In this document: positions 1 through 8,972 of the stretch, in pieces | Layout: each line of letters begins with the position of its first letter | How positions within the stretch are numbered: position 1 is the first letter of the stretch | NCBI RefSeq assembly: GCF_026626665.1 | Contig: NZ_JAPNKE010000002.1 | Location: 3,629,168-3,693,167 of the forward strand | Direction: 5' to 3' | DNA: 64,000 nt | Source: Nannocystis pusilla | Lineage (GTDB): Bacteria > Myxococcota_A > Polyangia > Nannocystales > Nannocystaceae | Notes under the pieces: generated by a model | What the model was told of the DNA's origin: nothing | Seen by the model: the letters and a program-made list of their open reading frames with translations, nothing else | Databases searched by the model: none | Translations under genes and position numbers: made by a program

Positions 1-299
1 AGCCACGCCACCTCGGGACGACCCTGCAGCCGATCGGCCAGCGCCTGCGCGCCGGCGATCGCCACGTCCGGCTCACCGCGCTCGTCCGAGACCGACAGCA
101 CCAGCGTGCGCGTCAGCTCCGAGCTGGCCATCCCGCGCGACAGCGCCGCCAGCTTGGGGTCGGCGACGTCGGCCATGAACGCGGTGATGTCGGTGACCAC
201 CTGCAGGCGCAGCGCGCAGAACGCCACCAGCCCGGCCATGAGCGCCGCGCCGAGGCCCGCCCGCCACGCGCTCGGCCTGTCTGATCGGGCAGGTTCCAT
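1..299 (-). CDS. MMPL/RND-type exporter (ApeM-like), N-terminal part; gene continues past window start
   Basis: rc from ATG at 299 reads MEPARSDRPSAWRAGLGAALMAGLVAFCALRL.. with a TM segment; sits downstream of LolA-like gene as in APE clusters. Confidence 0.55.
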   Translation of the reverse strand, partial: MEPARSDRPSAWRAGLGAALMAGLVAFCALRLQVVTDITAFMADVADPKLAALSRGMASSELTRTLVLSVSDERGEPDVAIAGAQALADRLQGRPEVAW

Positions 300-330
300 G
301 GAACAGGTGACCAGCGAGACCGCGCCGCGC

Positions 331-1008
331 TCAGCGGGCGGCCGGCGGCGCCGCGGCCGGCTTCGGCGGCAGGCTGAACAGCGAGCCCAGCTCCTCGGCG
401 GAGAACTTGCGCTTGGCGTCGACGGCCGAGAACGTGGTCACGGCCTCGTCGCCGCCGACCTCGACCACGCGCATGGTCGCGATCACCACCCCGTCGCCCG
501 CGATCTCGACCCGCTCGATCAGCTTGTCGAGCGGCGCCAGCTTCGGCTTCAGCTTCAGCGTCCAGCGCTGGCCCTCGGCCTGCAGGTCCATCGCGTACAT
601 GGTCGTCAGCGCCTCGCGGTCGCCGGCGAAGATCTTGACGAACGAGTCGACGAACAGCCGCACCGCCGGGCTCTTGTCGAGCGCGATCTCCTCGCGCCCG
701 GCGTCGTCGGCCAGCTTGAGCGCGCTGCCGTCGATCACCACCACCGAGCGGGCCGGCTTGGCCGTGTGACGGGCCAGGCGCGGCTTCTTGCCGTTCGGCA
801 CGAAGTAGATGGTGCCCTCGTTGACGAGCGGCGCGGCCAGCAGCGCCATGTGCTTCTCCTCGCGGAAGCTGGCCTGCAGCCCGCTCATCCCGGCGAACTG
901 CCCGAGCAGCTGGTCGAGCGTGATGCTGGCGACCACCGGCGCGGCCACGGTGATCGGCAGCGGCTCGGCGGCGCTCGCCTGGCCGATCGGACCGCTCAGA
1001 AAGACCAT
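331..1008 (-). CDS. LolA-like outer-membrane lipoprotein carrier family protein (ApeL-like)
   Basis: 225 aa ORF; LolA-like fold sequence; in APE-cluster position between thioesterase and MMPL. Confidence 0.65.
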   Translation of the reverse strand: MVFLSGPIGQASAAEPLPITVAAPVVASITLDQLLGQFAGMSGLQASFREEKHMALLAAPLVNEGTIYFVPNGKKPRLARHTAKPARSVVVIDGSALKLADDAGREEIALDKSPAVRLFVDSFVKIFAGDREALTTMYAMDLQAEGQRWTLKLKPKLAPLDKLIERVEIAGDGVVIATMRVVEVGGDEAVTTFSAVDAKRKFSAEELGSLFSLPPKPAAAPPAAR

Positions 1009-1077
1009 GGCCGCGAGGACATGCGCGAAAGACCTGTCCAGGCGGACATGCCCTTACGGGCGGGCGAGGATGGCGAG

Positions 1078-1484
1078 CTACACCAGGCGCTGGAGCAGAG
1101 CATCGGGCGTCTCCGACAAGAGGCGACCTTCCTGGTCGGTGGTGACGAGGATCGTCTGCCCGCGAGCCGAGCAGCGGTCGTCCTTGAGGTTGCGGATGCG
1201 ATAGGCCACGACCAGCCGCGGCGCAACCGCCACGAACCACGCGTCGACGCGGGCGCGGTCCGCGTAGCGCAGCGGGTAGGTGTAGCGGCAGTGGCTGTCG
1301 ACCAGCAGGAGGGCGTAACCCGCGCGGCGGATGTCCTCGACGTCGAGCCCGCGCGAGCGCATCAGCGCGGTCCGGCCGTACTCCATGTACTTGTAGTAAT
1401 GCCCGTGCCAGACGATGTTGAGGATGTCGACGTCGTGGAACGGGACCTCGAACTCGACCGAGACCTCGTGCAGGCGGCTCACGA
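1078..1484 (-). CDS. 4HBT/hotdog acyl-CoA thioesterase (ApeK-like)
   Basis: VSRLHEVSVEFEVPFHDVDILNIVWHGHYYKYMEYGRTALMRS.. YbgC/4HBT motif; GTG start overlaps upstream lyase stop. Confidence 0.7.
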
Positions 1485-3008
1485 CAGCGCTCCGATCGGC
1501 AACGCGCCCGCGCGCAGCAGCGTCAGCACCGCCGCGATGTCCCGGTCCTGACGGCGGTCGGCGTCGACCATCGGGATGACGCCGCGCACCGCCGCGTGCA
1601 GCGTGCGCGCCCGCGCGTGGACGTTGTGCCCCGCGCGCAGGTCGACCGCCTGGCACATGGTGAGCAGCCCGATCGCGGCGACCGTCTCGGTCAGCTCGAC
1701 GATCCGCAGGCAGTCGCGCGCCGCGATCGTGCCCATGCTCACCTTGTCCTGGTTGTGGCATTCGGTGCTGCGGCTGAAGACGCTGGCCGGCATCGTCAGC
1801 TTCAACGCCTCGGCCGCCAGCGCCGAGGCCGAGATCTGCATCGCCTTGAAGCCGTGGTGCGCCGCACGATCGGGGCCGGTGCGCCCGACCAGGTTGGCCG
1901 GCAGGCCCGCGTTCGTGTCCGGGTTGCAGACCAGCGCGATCTGACGGTCGACCAGGTCGGCGAGGTTGGCCACCGCCGTCTTGAGCGAGTCGAGCGCGAA
2001 GCAGGCGTGGCCGCCGTAGAAGTTGCCGCCGTGCAGCACCTCGCCGGTCTCCGGGTCGACCAGGGGGTTGTCGTTGGCGCCGACGATCTCGACCTCCAGC
2101 CACTGCCGGACCCAGGGTAGCGCGTCGACGAGGACCCCGATCACGTGCGGGGCGCAGCGGATCGAGTAGCGGTCCTGGATGCGGGCGGGGGCGGCCGGCC
2201 GCGGGAACTCGATATCCTCGCGGATCCACCCCGCCACGGCCCTCTGGCCGGGGTGCGGCTTGGCGGCGAAGATGCGGTCGTCGAAGTGAGCGGGGTTGCC
2301 GCCGAGCACGTCGCTGCCCATCGCCGTCAGCGCCGCGCACAGGCGCGCCAGCCGCTGCGCGCGCGCGACCGCCAGGCAACCGAGCCCGACCATGACGCTG
2401 GTCCCGTTCATCAGCGCCAGGCTCTCCTTGGGCTGCAGCACGAGCGGCGGGATCCCGGCCTCGCGCAGCGCCTCGGCCGCGGGCGCGACCTGTCCCTTGA
2501 ACCAGACCTCGCGCTCGCCGACCAGCGCCGCCACCACGTACGACAGCGGCGTCAGATCGCCGCTGGCGCCGACCGAGCCCTCGGCGGGGATCCGCGGCAG
2601 CAGGCGGTGCCGCAGCAGGTCGCACAGCCGCTCGAGCACCTCGACGCGCACGCCCGACCAGCCGCGCGCCAGCGCCACCAGCCGCACCGCCACCACCGCG
2701 GCCGCCTCGACCTCGTCGAGGATCCGCCCCGTGCCGCAGCCGTGGAAGCGCATCAGGTTGATCGGCATCGCCGCCACGTGCTCGTCCGGCACGCTCGTCT
2801 CGCACGAGTCGCCGAACCCGGTCGTGACCCCGTAGACGACCTCGCCCGCGGCCAGCCGGCGCGCCAGGTGGTCGGCGCCGCGGCCCAGCAGCGCCCGGTA
2901 CTCCGGGGCGTCGTCGAGCGCCGGGAAAGCTGTCCCTTCGGCCAGCTGAACCACGTCGTCGAGGCCGATGCCCCCGGGCCCCACGATGAGGACGCGCGCG
3001 CTACTCAC
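1479..3008 (-). CDS. aromatic amino-acid ammonia-lyase (HAL/TAL/PAL family, MIO cofactor)
   Basis: ~510 aa; GVTTGFGDS.. and GASGDLTPL (Ala-Ser-Gly MIO triad); GTG start overlaps stop of acyltransferase (GTGA). Confidence 0.85.
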   Translation of the reverse strand: MSSARVLIVGPGGIGLDDVVQLAEGTAFPALDDAPEYRALLGRGADHLARRLAAGEVVYGVTTGFGDSCETSVPDEHVAAMPINLMRFHGCGTGRILDEVEAAAVVAVRLVALARGWSGVRVEVLERLCDLLRHRLLPRIPAEGSVGASGDLTPLSYVVAALVGEREVWFKGQVAPAAEALREAGIPPLVLQPKESLALMNGTSVMVGLGCLAVARAQRLARLCAALTAMGSDVLGGNPAHFDDRIFAAKPHPGQRAVAGWIREDIEFPRPAAPARIQDRYSIRCAPHVIGVLVDALPWVRQWLEVEIVGANDNPLVDPETGEVLHGGNFYGGHACFALDSLKTAVANLADLVDRQIALVCNPDTNAGLPANLVGRTGPDRAAHHGFKAMQISASALAAEALKLTMPASVFSRSTECHNQDKVSMGTIAARDCLRIVELTETVAAIGLLTMCQAVDLRAGHNVHARARTLHAAVRGVIPMVDADRRQDRDIAAVLTLLRAGALPIGALS

Positions 3009-3881
3009 TCCGCCCTCCAGAACTCGTAGAAGTTGAACCAGTTGAGCGGCGCGAGGCGGCAGTAGTGCTCGAGGCGTTCGGCGTAGCGCTGGACATGGGC
3101 GGCGGTGGCGGCCTCGCGGCGGCCTCTGGGGAGTTCTAATTGTTCGGCGAAGGGCTCGCAATACAGATCGTAGCGGCCCTGCCCGTGATAAAGCCCGAAA
3201 GTCAAATAGATCGGGCACTTTAGCAGCGCCGCCAGGGTGTAGGGCCCGGTCGGGAAGCGCGCCGGAGCGCCCAGGAACTCGGCCGTGCAGGTCTTCTCGT
3301 TGACCCCGACCCGGTCGCCCAGCACCGCCACCAGCTCCGCGCTCGATCGCCTCCTTGGCGGCCAGGATGTAGCTGGTGTCGCGCGGGTCGATCGGGATCA
3401 CGCGCACGTCGAAGTCGGCCTGCACCGTGCGCAAGAAGTCGTTGATCATCTTCGCGTTCTGCCAGTACGCGAGGATGTGGATCGGCAGCCGCTTGTCGGC
3501 GCTGCTGGCCCGCATCGCCTCGAACGAGCCGAGGTGGGCCCCGAGCAGCAGCGCCCCCTTGCCCTGCTGCTGCAGCGCCCGCAGGTGCTCGATGCCCGTG
3601 TGCGTGATGCGGAACCGCGACGTCTCGCCGCGGACCAGGAACACGCGGTCGAGGGCGCAGCGGGCGAACGTGTAGATGTGGCGCCAGCTGGCCATAAAAC
3701 CGTGCGGCTGGCCGATCCGCCGCATGTAGTCTTGCGAGGCCCGCCGCGCCGCCCCGGCGAACAGCGCGTAGTAGAAGGTGATCACCGCCAGCAGCACCCC
3801 CGCCCCGCGGCGGCCGAACACCCGGCAGAACAGCAGCGTCGCCTTGATCCCGAGCACCGTCCCGCGCTCGGGCCGGGTCAT
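3005..3881 (-). CDS. LPLAT-superfamily (HtrB/ApeD-like) acyltransferase; reading frame broken near 3335
   Basis: N-part in frame of ORF 1479..4040 (MTRPERGTVLGIKATLLF..AKEAIERG), C-part in ORF 3005..3331 (..VLGDRVGVNEKTCTAEFLGAPARFPTGPYTLAA..); 1-nt shift at cgcgga/gctg. Confidence 0.6.
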
Positions 3882-4073
3882 CCACGCCCGGTCGCCCTCG
3901 ACCGCCGCGGCCCCGCCCGCCTCGCGCTCGCTCCCCTGCCACGCGGTGGTCGCCGGCACACCCGCCCCGCGCTCGCCCGCCGCGGCCCCGGCCCGGTTGT
4001 CCTCCGGGACATGTCCCCTCGTACCTGCCTGATGAGCCATGGCCGATCGAACCTGTCCTCTCGCGCAGCCCGG

Positions 4074-4853
4074 TCAGCGGCCGGCCGGCAGCGCCGGGCG
4101 GCGCAGGCGGCGGTAGAGGTTGACCCATGGGCGCACCATCACCCGCTGGAACGACAGCCGGGTGTGCAGCCACGAGATCTTGACGTTGTCGCCGAACACG
4201 CGGAAGTGCGACACCCCGCCCTCGTCGCGGCCGATGTAGCGGACCCGGGTCGGCAGGTTTATCACCGGCACCCCGGCCCACACCAGGCGGACCGCGATCT
4301 CGATGTCGAAGTCCATGCGGTCGCCGGTGCGCCCGAGCGCCAGCGCGGGCGCCAGCGGGTACACGCGGAAGCCGCACATCGGGTCGGTGATGACCCCGCG
4401 CCCCGCCTCGAAGTTGGTCCAGAACAGCGTGATCTTGCGGGCGACGAGCCGCCCCTTCGGCGCCGACGCGTCGTATAGCGGCGCCCCGAGGACGAGCGCC
4501 TCCGGCCGCTCGCGCGCGGTGGCGAGGAATGCGGGATGTCCCCCAGGTCATGTTGCCCGTCGGCGTCGACCTGCAGCGCGTGGGTGTAGCCGAGCTCGTG
4601 GGCGAACTGGAACCCGGTCTTGACCGCCGCCCCCTTGCCGCCGTTGTGCGGCCGCCGCCGCACGTGCGCCAGCCCCTCCGCCCCGATCGCCTCGACCGCG
4701 GCGCGGCCCTCCGGCCCCGAGCCGTCGTCGATGACCACCACGTCGGGCAGGTGCGCCTTGACCCGCAGCACCACGTCCCGCACCGTCCGCGGATTATCGA
4801 AGGTCGGGATCAGCGCGCACGGCCGGAACGCCGCGGCTTCACCTGTCCCTCGA
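4074..4853 (-). CDS. family-2 glycosyltransferase (ApeJ-like); frame break near 4533 in a C-run
   Basis: N-part ..CALIPTFDNP..VVVIDDGSG..VDADGQHDLGDIP (DxD) then -1 shift to ..AFLATARERPEALVLGAPLYD..MCGFRVYPLA.. Confidence 0.65.
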
Positions 4854-4984
4854 GACACGTCCTGGCCCCTCTCAGCGCTCACGCTCGCCTCCCGCCGCCG
4901 GCCGCACCCGGCCCGCCGCCCGGCGGACGACCTGTCCTCCCGGACATCTGGCAACGACCTGCCCCTTCGGCCATACGCACCGCC

Positions 4985-5290
4985 TCAGCCTCCGCGCGCC
5001 TCGTACTCGAGCGCCCCCGCCGTGACCACCTCGCCCGCCCGCGCCAGCGAGAAGCGGACCTGAGTCCCGCGGACCTCGAGCCGCAGCACCAGCGCGTCGC
5101 CCGGCGCGATCGGCCGGGTGAACTTCAGCCGCGCCGCCCGCCGCAGCGGCCCCAGCTCCGGCCGCAGCGCCGCCACCTGCGGCACCACCAGCGCGGTCAG
5201 CTGCGCCACCCCCGGCAGCACCGGCAGCGCGTCGAAGTGCCCGCGGAAGAACGCCAGGTCGACCGGCACCCCCACCTCGACCTCGTGCAC
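4985..5290 (-). CDS. FabA/FabZ-like hotdog dehydratase (ApeI-like); start uncertain, may be fused in-frame to upstream ligase
   Basis: ..VPVDLAFFRGHFDALPVLPGVAQLTALV.. dehydratase motif; no stop between ligase and this domain in the same frame. Confidence 0.5.
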   Translation of the reverse strand: MHEVEVGVPVDLAFFRGHFDALPVLPGVAQLTALVVPQVAALRPELGPLRRAARLKFTRPIAPGDALVLRLEVRGTQVRFSLARAGEVVTAGALEYEARGG

Positions 5291-5514
5291 CGCCGCCCCG
5301 CCCTCGTCGCGCCGCGTATGCCCGCGCAGCGCGAACGCCGACGCGCCCGGGCCCTCTGTCCCCGCGGACATGTCCCTGGGGCCACTCACCGGCGCTCCCG
5401 GGCCACCTGCCCCTGCGGACATGTCCCGTGAGCCACCCAGTCCCGCTCCCGCGCTGGGCGCGTCACTCGCCGAACTCACGGACATGTCCCTCGGGCCACC
5501 CGGCGCACTCTCCT

Positions 5515-6900
5515 CCTCGCCCGCCAGCCCGAGCAGCGCGTGCAGCTTGCGCCGCGTCAGCTTGCCGCTCGGCTCGCGCGGCAGCGCCGGCACCACCTTG
5601 ATCCGCCGCGGCACCACCACCGGGTCGAACCACGGCAGCAGCGCCCGCCGCAGCTCGGCCACCAGCTCGCCGGCGTCGCGCCCGGCCTCGCGCGCCACCA
5701 CGGCGGCCACCAGCTCGTGCCCGCGGGCGCCCGGCGACTCGACCGCCACCACCGCGGCGTCGGCCACCGCCGCCAGCGCCAGCAGGCGCTGCTCGACCTC
5801 GGCCACCGCCACCCGCTTGCCGGCGATCTTCACCACCCCGTCGAGCCGCCCGCGCAGGTGGAATCCGCCGCGCGCGTCGACCTCGACGCGATCCTCGCAC
5901 GGGTACGGCACCGGCGCGTCCGGGGCCAGAAACGGCGAGCGCAGCAGCAGCCGCCCCTCGGCCGCCACCTCGACCGTCACTCCCGGCAGCGGCGTCCAGG
6001 CTGGCTCCGGGGACATGTCTTTTAAAACATCCTCGTGCCGCCGCCAGCCGATCCCGCCGGTCTCCGACGAGCCGTACACCTCGGTCACCTGCAGGCCCAG
6101 CAGGGTCAGCAGCTCGTCGGCGGTCGCCCGCGGCAGCGGCGCGCCCGACGAGAACACCCGCGACAGCGGCGGCAAGTCGCCGCGCGTCAGCACCGTCAGC
6201 CCGCGCAGGTGCGCCGGCGTGCTGACCAGCACCGTCGCCTCCACCTGCCGCGCCGCCCGGGCCACCGTCTCGGCGTGCAGCGGCGTCTCGCGGGCGAACG
6301 CCGCCCCCGCGGCCAGCGGCGCCAGGATCCCGAACAAAAGCCCGTAGAGGTGGTACGGCGGCACCGTCGCCAGCGCCACCTCCCCGGCCCGCAGGGCGAA
6401 CGTGGCCGCCAGCGCCTGCGCCTCGCCGAGCAGCTGCGCGGCCGTCTTGGCGCACGGCTGGTGGTCGCCGGTGCTGCCCGAGGTGTACACGACCGCCAGC
6501 CGGCGATCGGCCGCCAGCGCTTCGGGCCATGTCGGATCGGCCATGTCCCTTAAAACATGTCCTTCCAGCCACTCCCGGACGTCCTGCGCGTCGGCCAGGT
6601 CGGAGTCGTGCAGCAGCGCGACCACCGACGGCCGCCCGGCCAGCTCGCGCACGGCCGCCGGCTGGGCGTTGGGCGGCAGCGCGACCGCGTGGCCGCGCAG
6701 CCACGCCGCCAGGGTCGTCACCGCCAGGTGGTAGCGGTCGCCGCACACCACCAGCACCTCGCTGCCCGGCGCGGGCCCCGGCAGCCGCGCCGCGACGGCC
6801 CTCGCGTCGCGCATGAGCTCGCCGGCCGTGCGCGCGCCGGCCTCGCCCACGGCGACGAGCGCCGCGGGATCGGTGTGGACGAGCGGGACGAACGACTTCA
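5515..6900 (-). CDS. AMP-dependent acyl-CoA/ACP ligase (ApeH-like)
   Basis: VVYTSGSTGDHQPCAKT.. (A3), YGSSETGG, ..LPREPSGKLTRRKL (A10); ATG at 6900 overlaps upstream stop (ATGA). 3' end approximate. Confidence 0.75.
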
Positions 6901-7497
6901 TGCGCGGAGCAGTCGGCGGAGCAGGCGGTCGGGCAGCCCGTCGCCGAAGCGACGGAAGGTCGCCTTGCGGACGACGAACTCGACGGTGAACATTACCCCG
7001 ATCAGCAGGTAGGCCAAAAGTCCGGTGTAGAGCGTCCACCAGGCCACCGGGGCCCACAGCGCCAGGCCGGCGCTGACGGCCGCGTTGGCGACGAAGAAGC
7101 CGCACCAGATCTTGGTCCACGTGCGGCAGTACGCCGGCCCGCCGGGCGGCAGGTCGGGCTCCTGCAGGCGCGCGAACCGTTCGACCAGCGACACCGGCCC
7201 GCGCAGGCTGGCGGCGAAGTTGGCCAAGAGGCCCAGGTTGACCAGCACCGGCAGGGCCATGAACAGCCGTTGCTCGCCCGACAGCGCCGCCGCCGCGAAC
7301 AGCCCGAACAGCGACAGCGGCACCCGCAGCACCGGCCACAGGTCCTCGCGCCGGGCCTCGCGCAGGCGCAGCAGAAGCCCCGGCAGCAGCGCCACCGCCA
7401 GCACCAGCGCCAGCGTGCGCGGGCTCCAGCGCGTCATGCCGAGGTACACGACCAGCGGATAGCCGCCGATCACCACCGACCGCAGCACCGCGGGCAC
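6898..7497 (-). CDS. integral membrane protein of APE operon (ApeG-like)
   Basis: 199 aa, 4-5 predicted TM helices, stop overlaps ligase start. Confidence 0.5.
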   Translation of the reverse strand: MPAVLRSVVIGGYPLVVYLGMTRWSPRTLALVLAVALLPGLLLRLREARREDLWPVLRVPLSLFGLFAAAALSGEQRLFMALPVLVNLGLLANFAASLRGPVSLVERFARLQEPDLPPGGPAYCRTWTKIWCGFFVANAAVSAGLALWAPVAWWTLYTGLLAYLLIGVMFTVEFVVRKATFRRFGDGLPDRLLRRLLRA

Positions 7498-7555
7498 CCA
7501 CCTCGGGACCCCGCGGCTCGCCGCGGCTCGCCGTTCGGGTCCGCCATGTCGGGCC

Positions 7556-7843
7556 TCAGCTCGCCGCCGGCGCGCGCTGTTCGGCGACGAAGCGGGCCAG
7601 GTTGGTCACGCTGGCGAAGATGTGGCGGTTCTGGGCGTCGTCGGCGCGGGTCTTGACGCCGTACTTCTTGCCGATCGCCATCGCCAGCTCGAGCACGTCG
7701 ATCGAGTCGAGGCCCAGCCCCTCGACCAGGAGCGGCGCCTCCGGGTCGATGTCCTCGGGGGTCATGTCCTGCAGCATCAGGGCCTCGATGATGAGCTCCT
7801 TGATCTCGCGGACCAGGGCTTCGGGCGGCGCGGTCTCTGTCAT
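7556..7843 (-). CDS. acpP: acyl carrier protein
   Basis: 95 aa, LGLDSIDVLEL phosphopantetheine-attachment motif; first gene of minus-strand operon (ApeE-like). Confidence 0.85.
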   Translation of the reverse strand: MTETAPPEALVREIKELIIEALMLQDMTPEDIDPEAPLLVEGLGLDSIDVLELAMAIGKKYGVKTRADDAQNRHIFASVTNLARFVAEQRAPAAS

Positions 7844-8011
7844 GGGGTCGGCGCATCCTACGGGGATCGCCCTGGAGACGACAAGCGGCGCCCATCATCC
7901 TCCGTGGACGCCCGAGCCGCGCGCTGCGGTCACCGACACGGCGCAAGCTCACATCTCACCCTGGCTCTTGGTGCAGGCGACCTCGGCGGCCCTCGGTACG
8001 CTCGCCGCCGC

Positions 8012-8791
8012 ATGACAAGCACCCAGCAACCGCGGATCGCCATCGTCACCGGCGGCGGCAACGGCATCGGCCGCGCCACCGCTCTCAAGTTCGCCGAGGC
8101 CGGCTACGGCGTGGCCGTGTGGGACCTGGCCGAACAGGCAGCCGAGGAGGTCGTGTCCGCGATCACCGCCGCCGGCGGCGTCGCCATCGCCCGCAAGGTC
8201 GACGTCAGCAAGCCCGAGGACTGCGTCGCCGGGGTCGCCGCCGTGCTCGAGCGCTTCGGCCGGATCGACGTCCTCATCAACAACGCCGGCGTCGTCCGCG
8301 ACGGCCAGCTGGTCAAGGTCAAGGACGGACAGGTGGTCGGTCAGATGAGCGCCGACCAGTTCCAGTTCGTCCTCGATGTCTGCCTCAAGGGCGTGTTCAA
8401 CTGCACCCAGGCGGTCGTGCCGACGATGATCGCCCAGAAGTACGGGCGGATCGTCAGCACCAGCTCGGTGGTCGCATTGTACGGCAACTTCGGCCAGACC
8501 AACTACGTCGCCGCCAAGGCTGGCGTCGTCGGCATGACGCGCGTATGGGCGCGCGAGCTCGGCCGCTACGGCATCACGGCGAACGCCGTCGCCCCGGGCT
8601 TCATCGCCACGGACATGGTCAAGAGCATCCCCGAGAAGGTCTACAACGCGCTGATCGAGCACACCCCGGTCGGCCGCGCCGGACTGCCCGACGACATCGC
8701 TCGCGCCTATCTCTTCCTGGCCGACGACAAGTCGAGCTTCATCAACGGCGCCATCTTGAGCGTCGACGGCGGCTCCGTCATCGGCACCTGA
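8012..8791 (+). CDS. fabG: 3-oxoacyl-ACP reductase (SDR family), divergent from APE operon
   Basis: IAIVTGGGNGIGRA.. Rossmann motif, NNAG, S..Y..K triad; strong FabG-like sequence. Confidence 0.85.
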   Translation: MTSTQQPRIAIVTGGGNGIGRATALKFAEAGYGVAVWDLAEQAAEEVVSAITAAGGVAIARKVDVSKPEDCVAGVAAVLERFGRIDVLINNAGVVRDGQLVKVKDGQVVGQMSADQFQFVLDVCLKGVFNCTQAVVPTMIAQKYGRIVSTSSVVALYGNFGQTNYVAAKAGVVGMTRVWARELGRYGITANAVAPGFIATDMVKSIPEKVYNALIEHTPVGRAGLPDDIARAYLFLADDKSSFINGAILSVDGGSVIGT

Positions 8792-8972
8792 ACCGCCGCA
8801 CGCGGTTCTGATCGGGCCTCACGGGCGGCGAACGGCGTCCGTGACGGCGCGCGCGGCGCTGAACAGCCTCCGCCACGGCAGGCCCTCACCCTGCCCGCGC
8901 GGACCTCCGTCCGCGCGCGGCATTTTGCCCCTTCGTTGCAGCAGCAGCGCGAAAAGACTAGCGTAACGGGCG

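Noticed and set aside
113-1551. Long ORFs 106..1551(+) and 113..1240(-)
   Set aside because: Out of frame with the LolA-like and thioesterase genes that have recognisable families.
3220-4551. 443-aa minus ORF and 397-aa plus ORF spanning LPLAT/GT2 region
   Set aside because: Alternative frames of the real GT2 and LPLAT genes.
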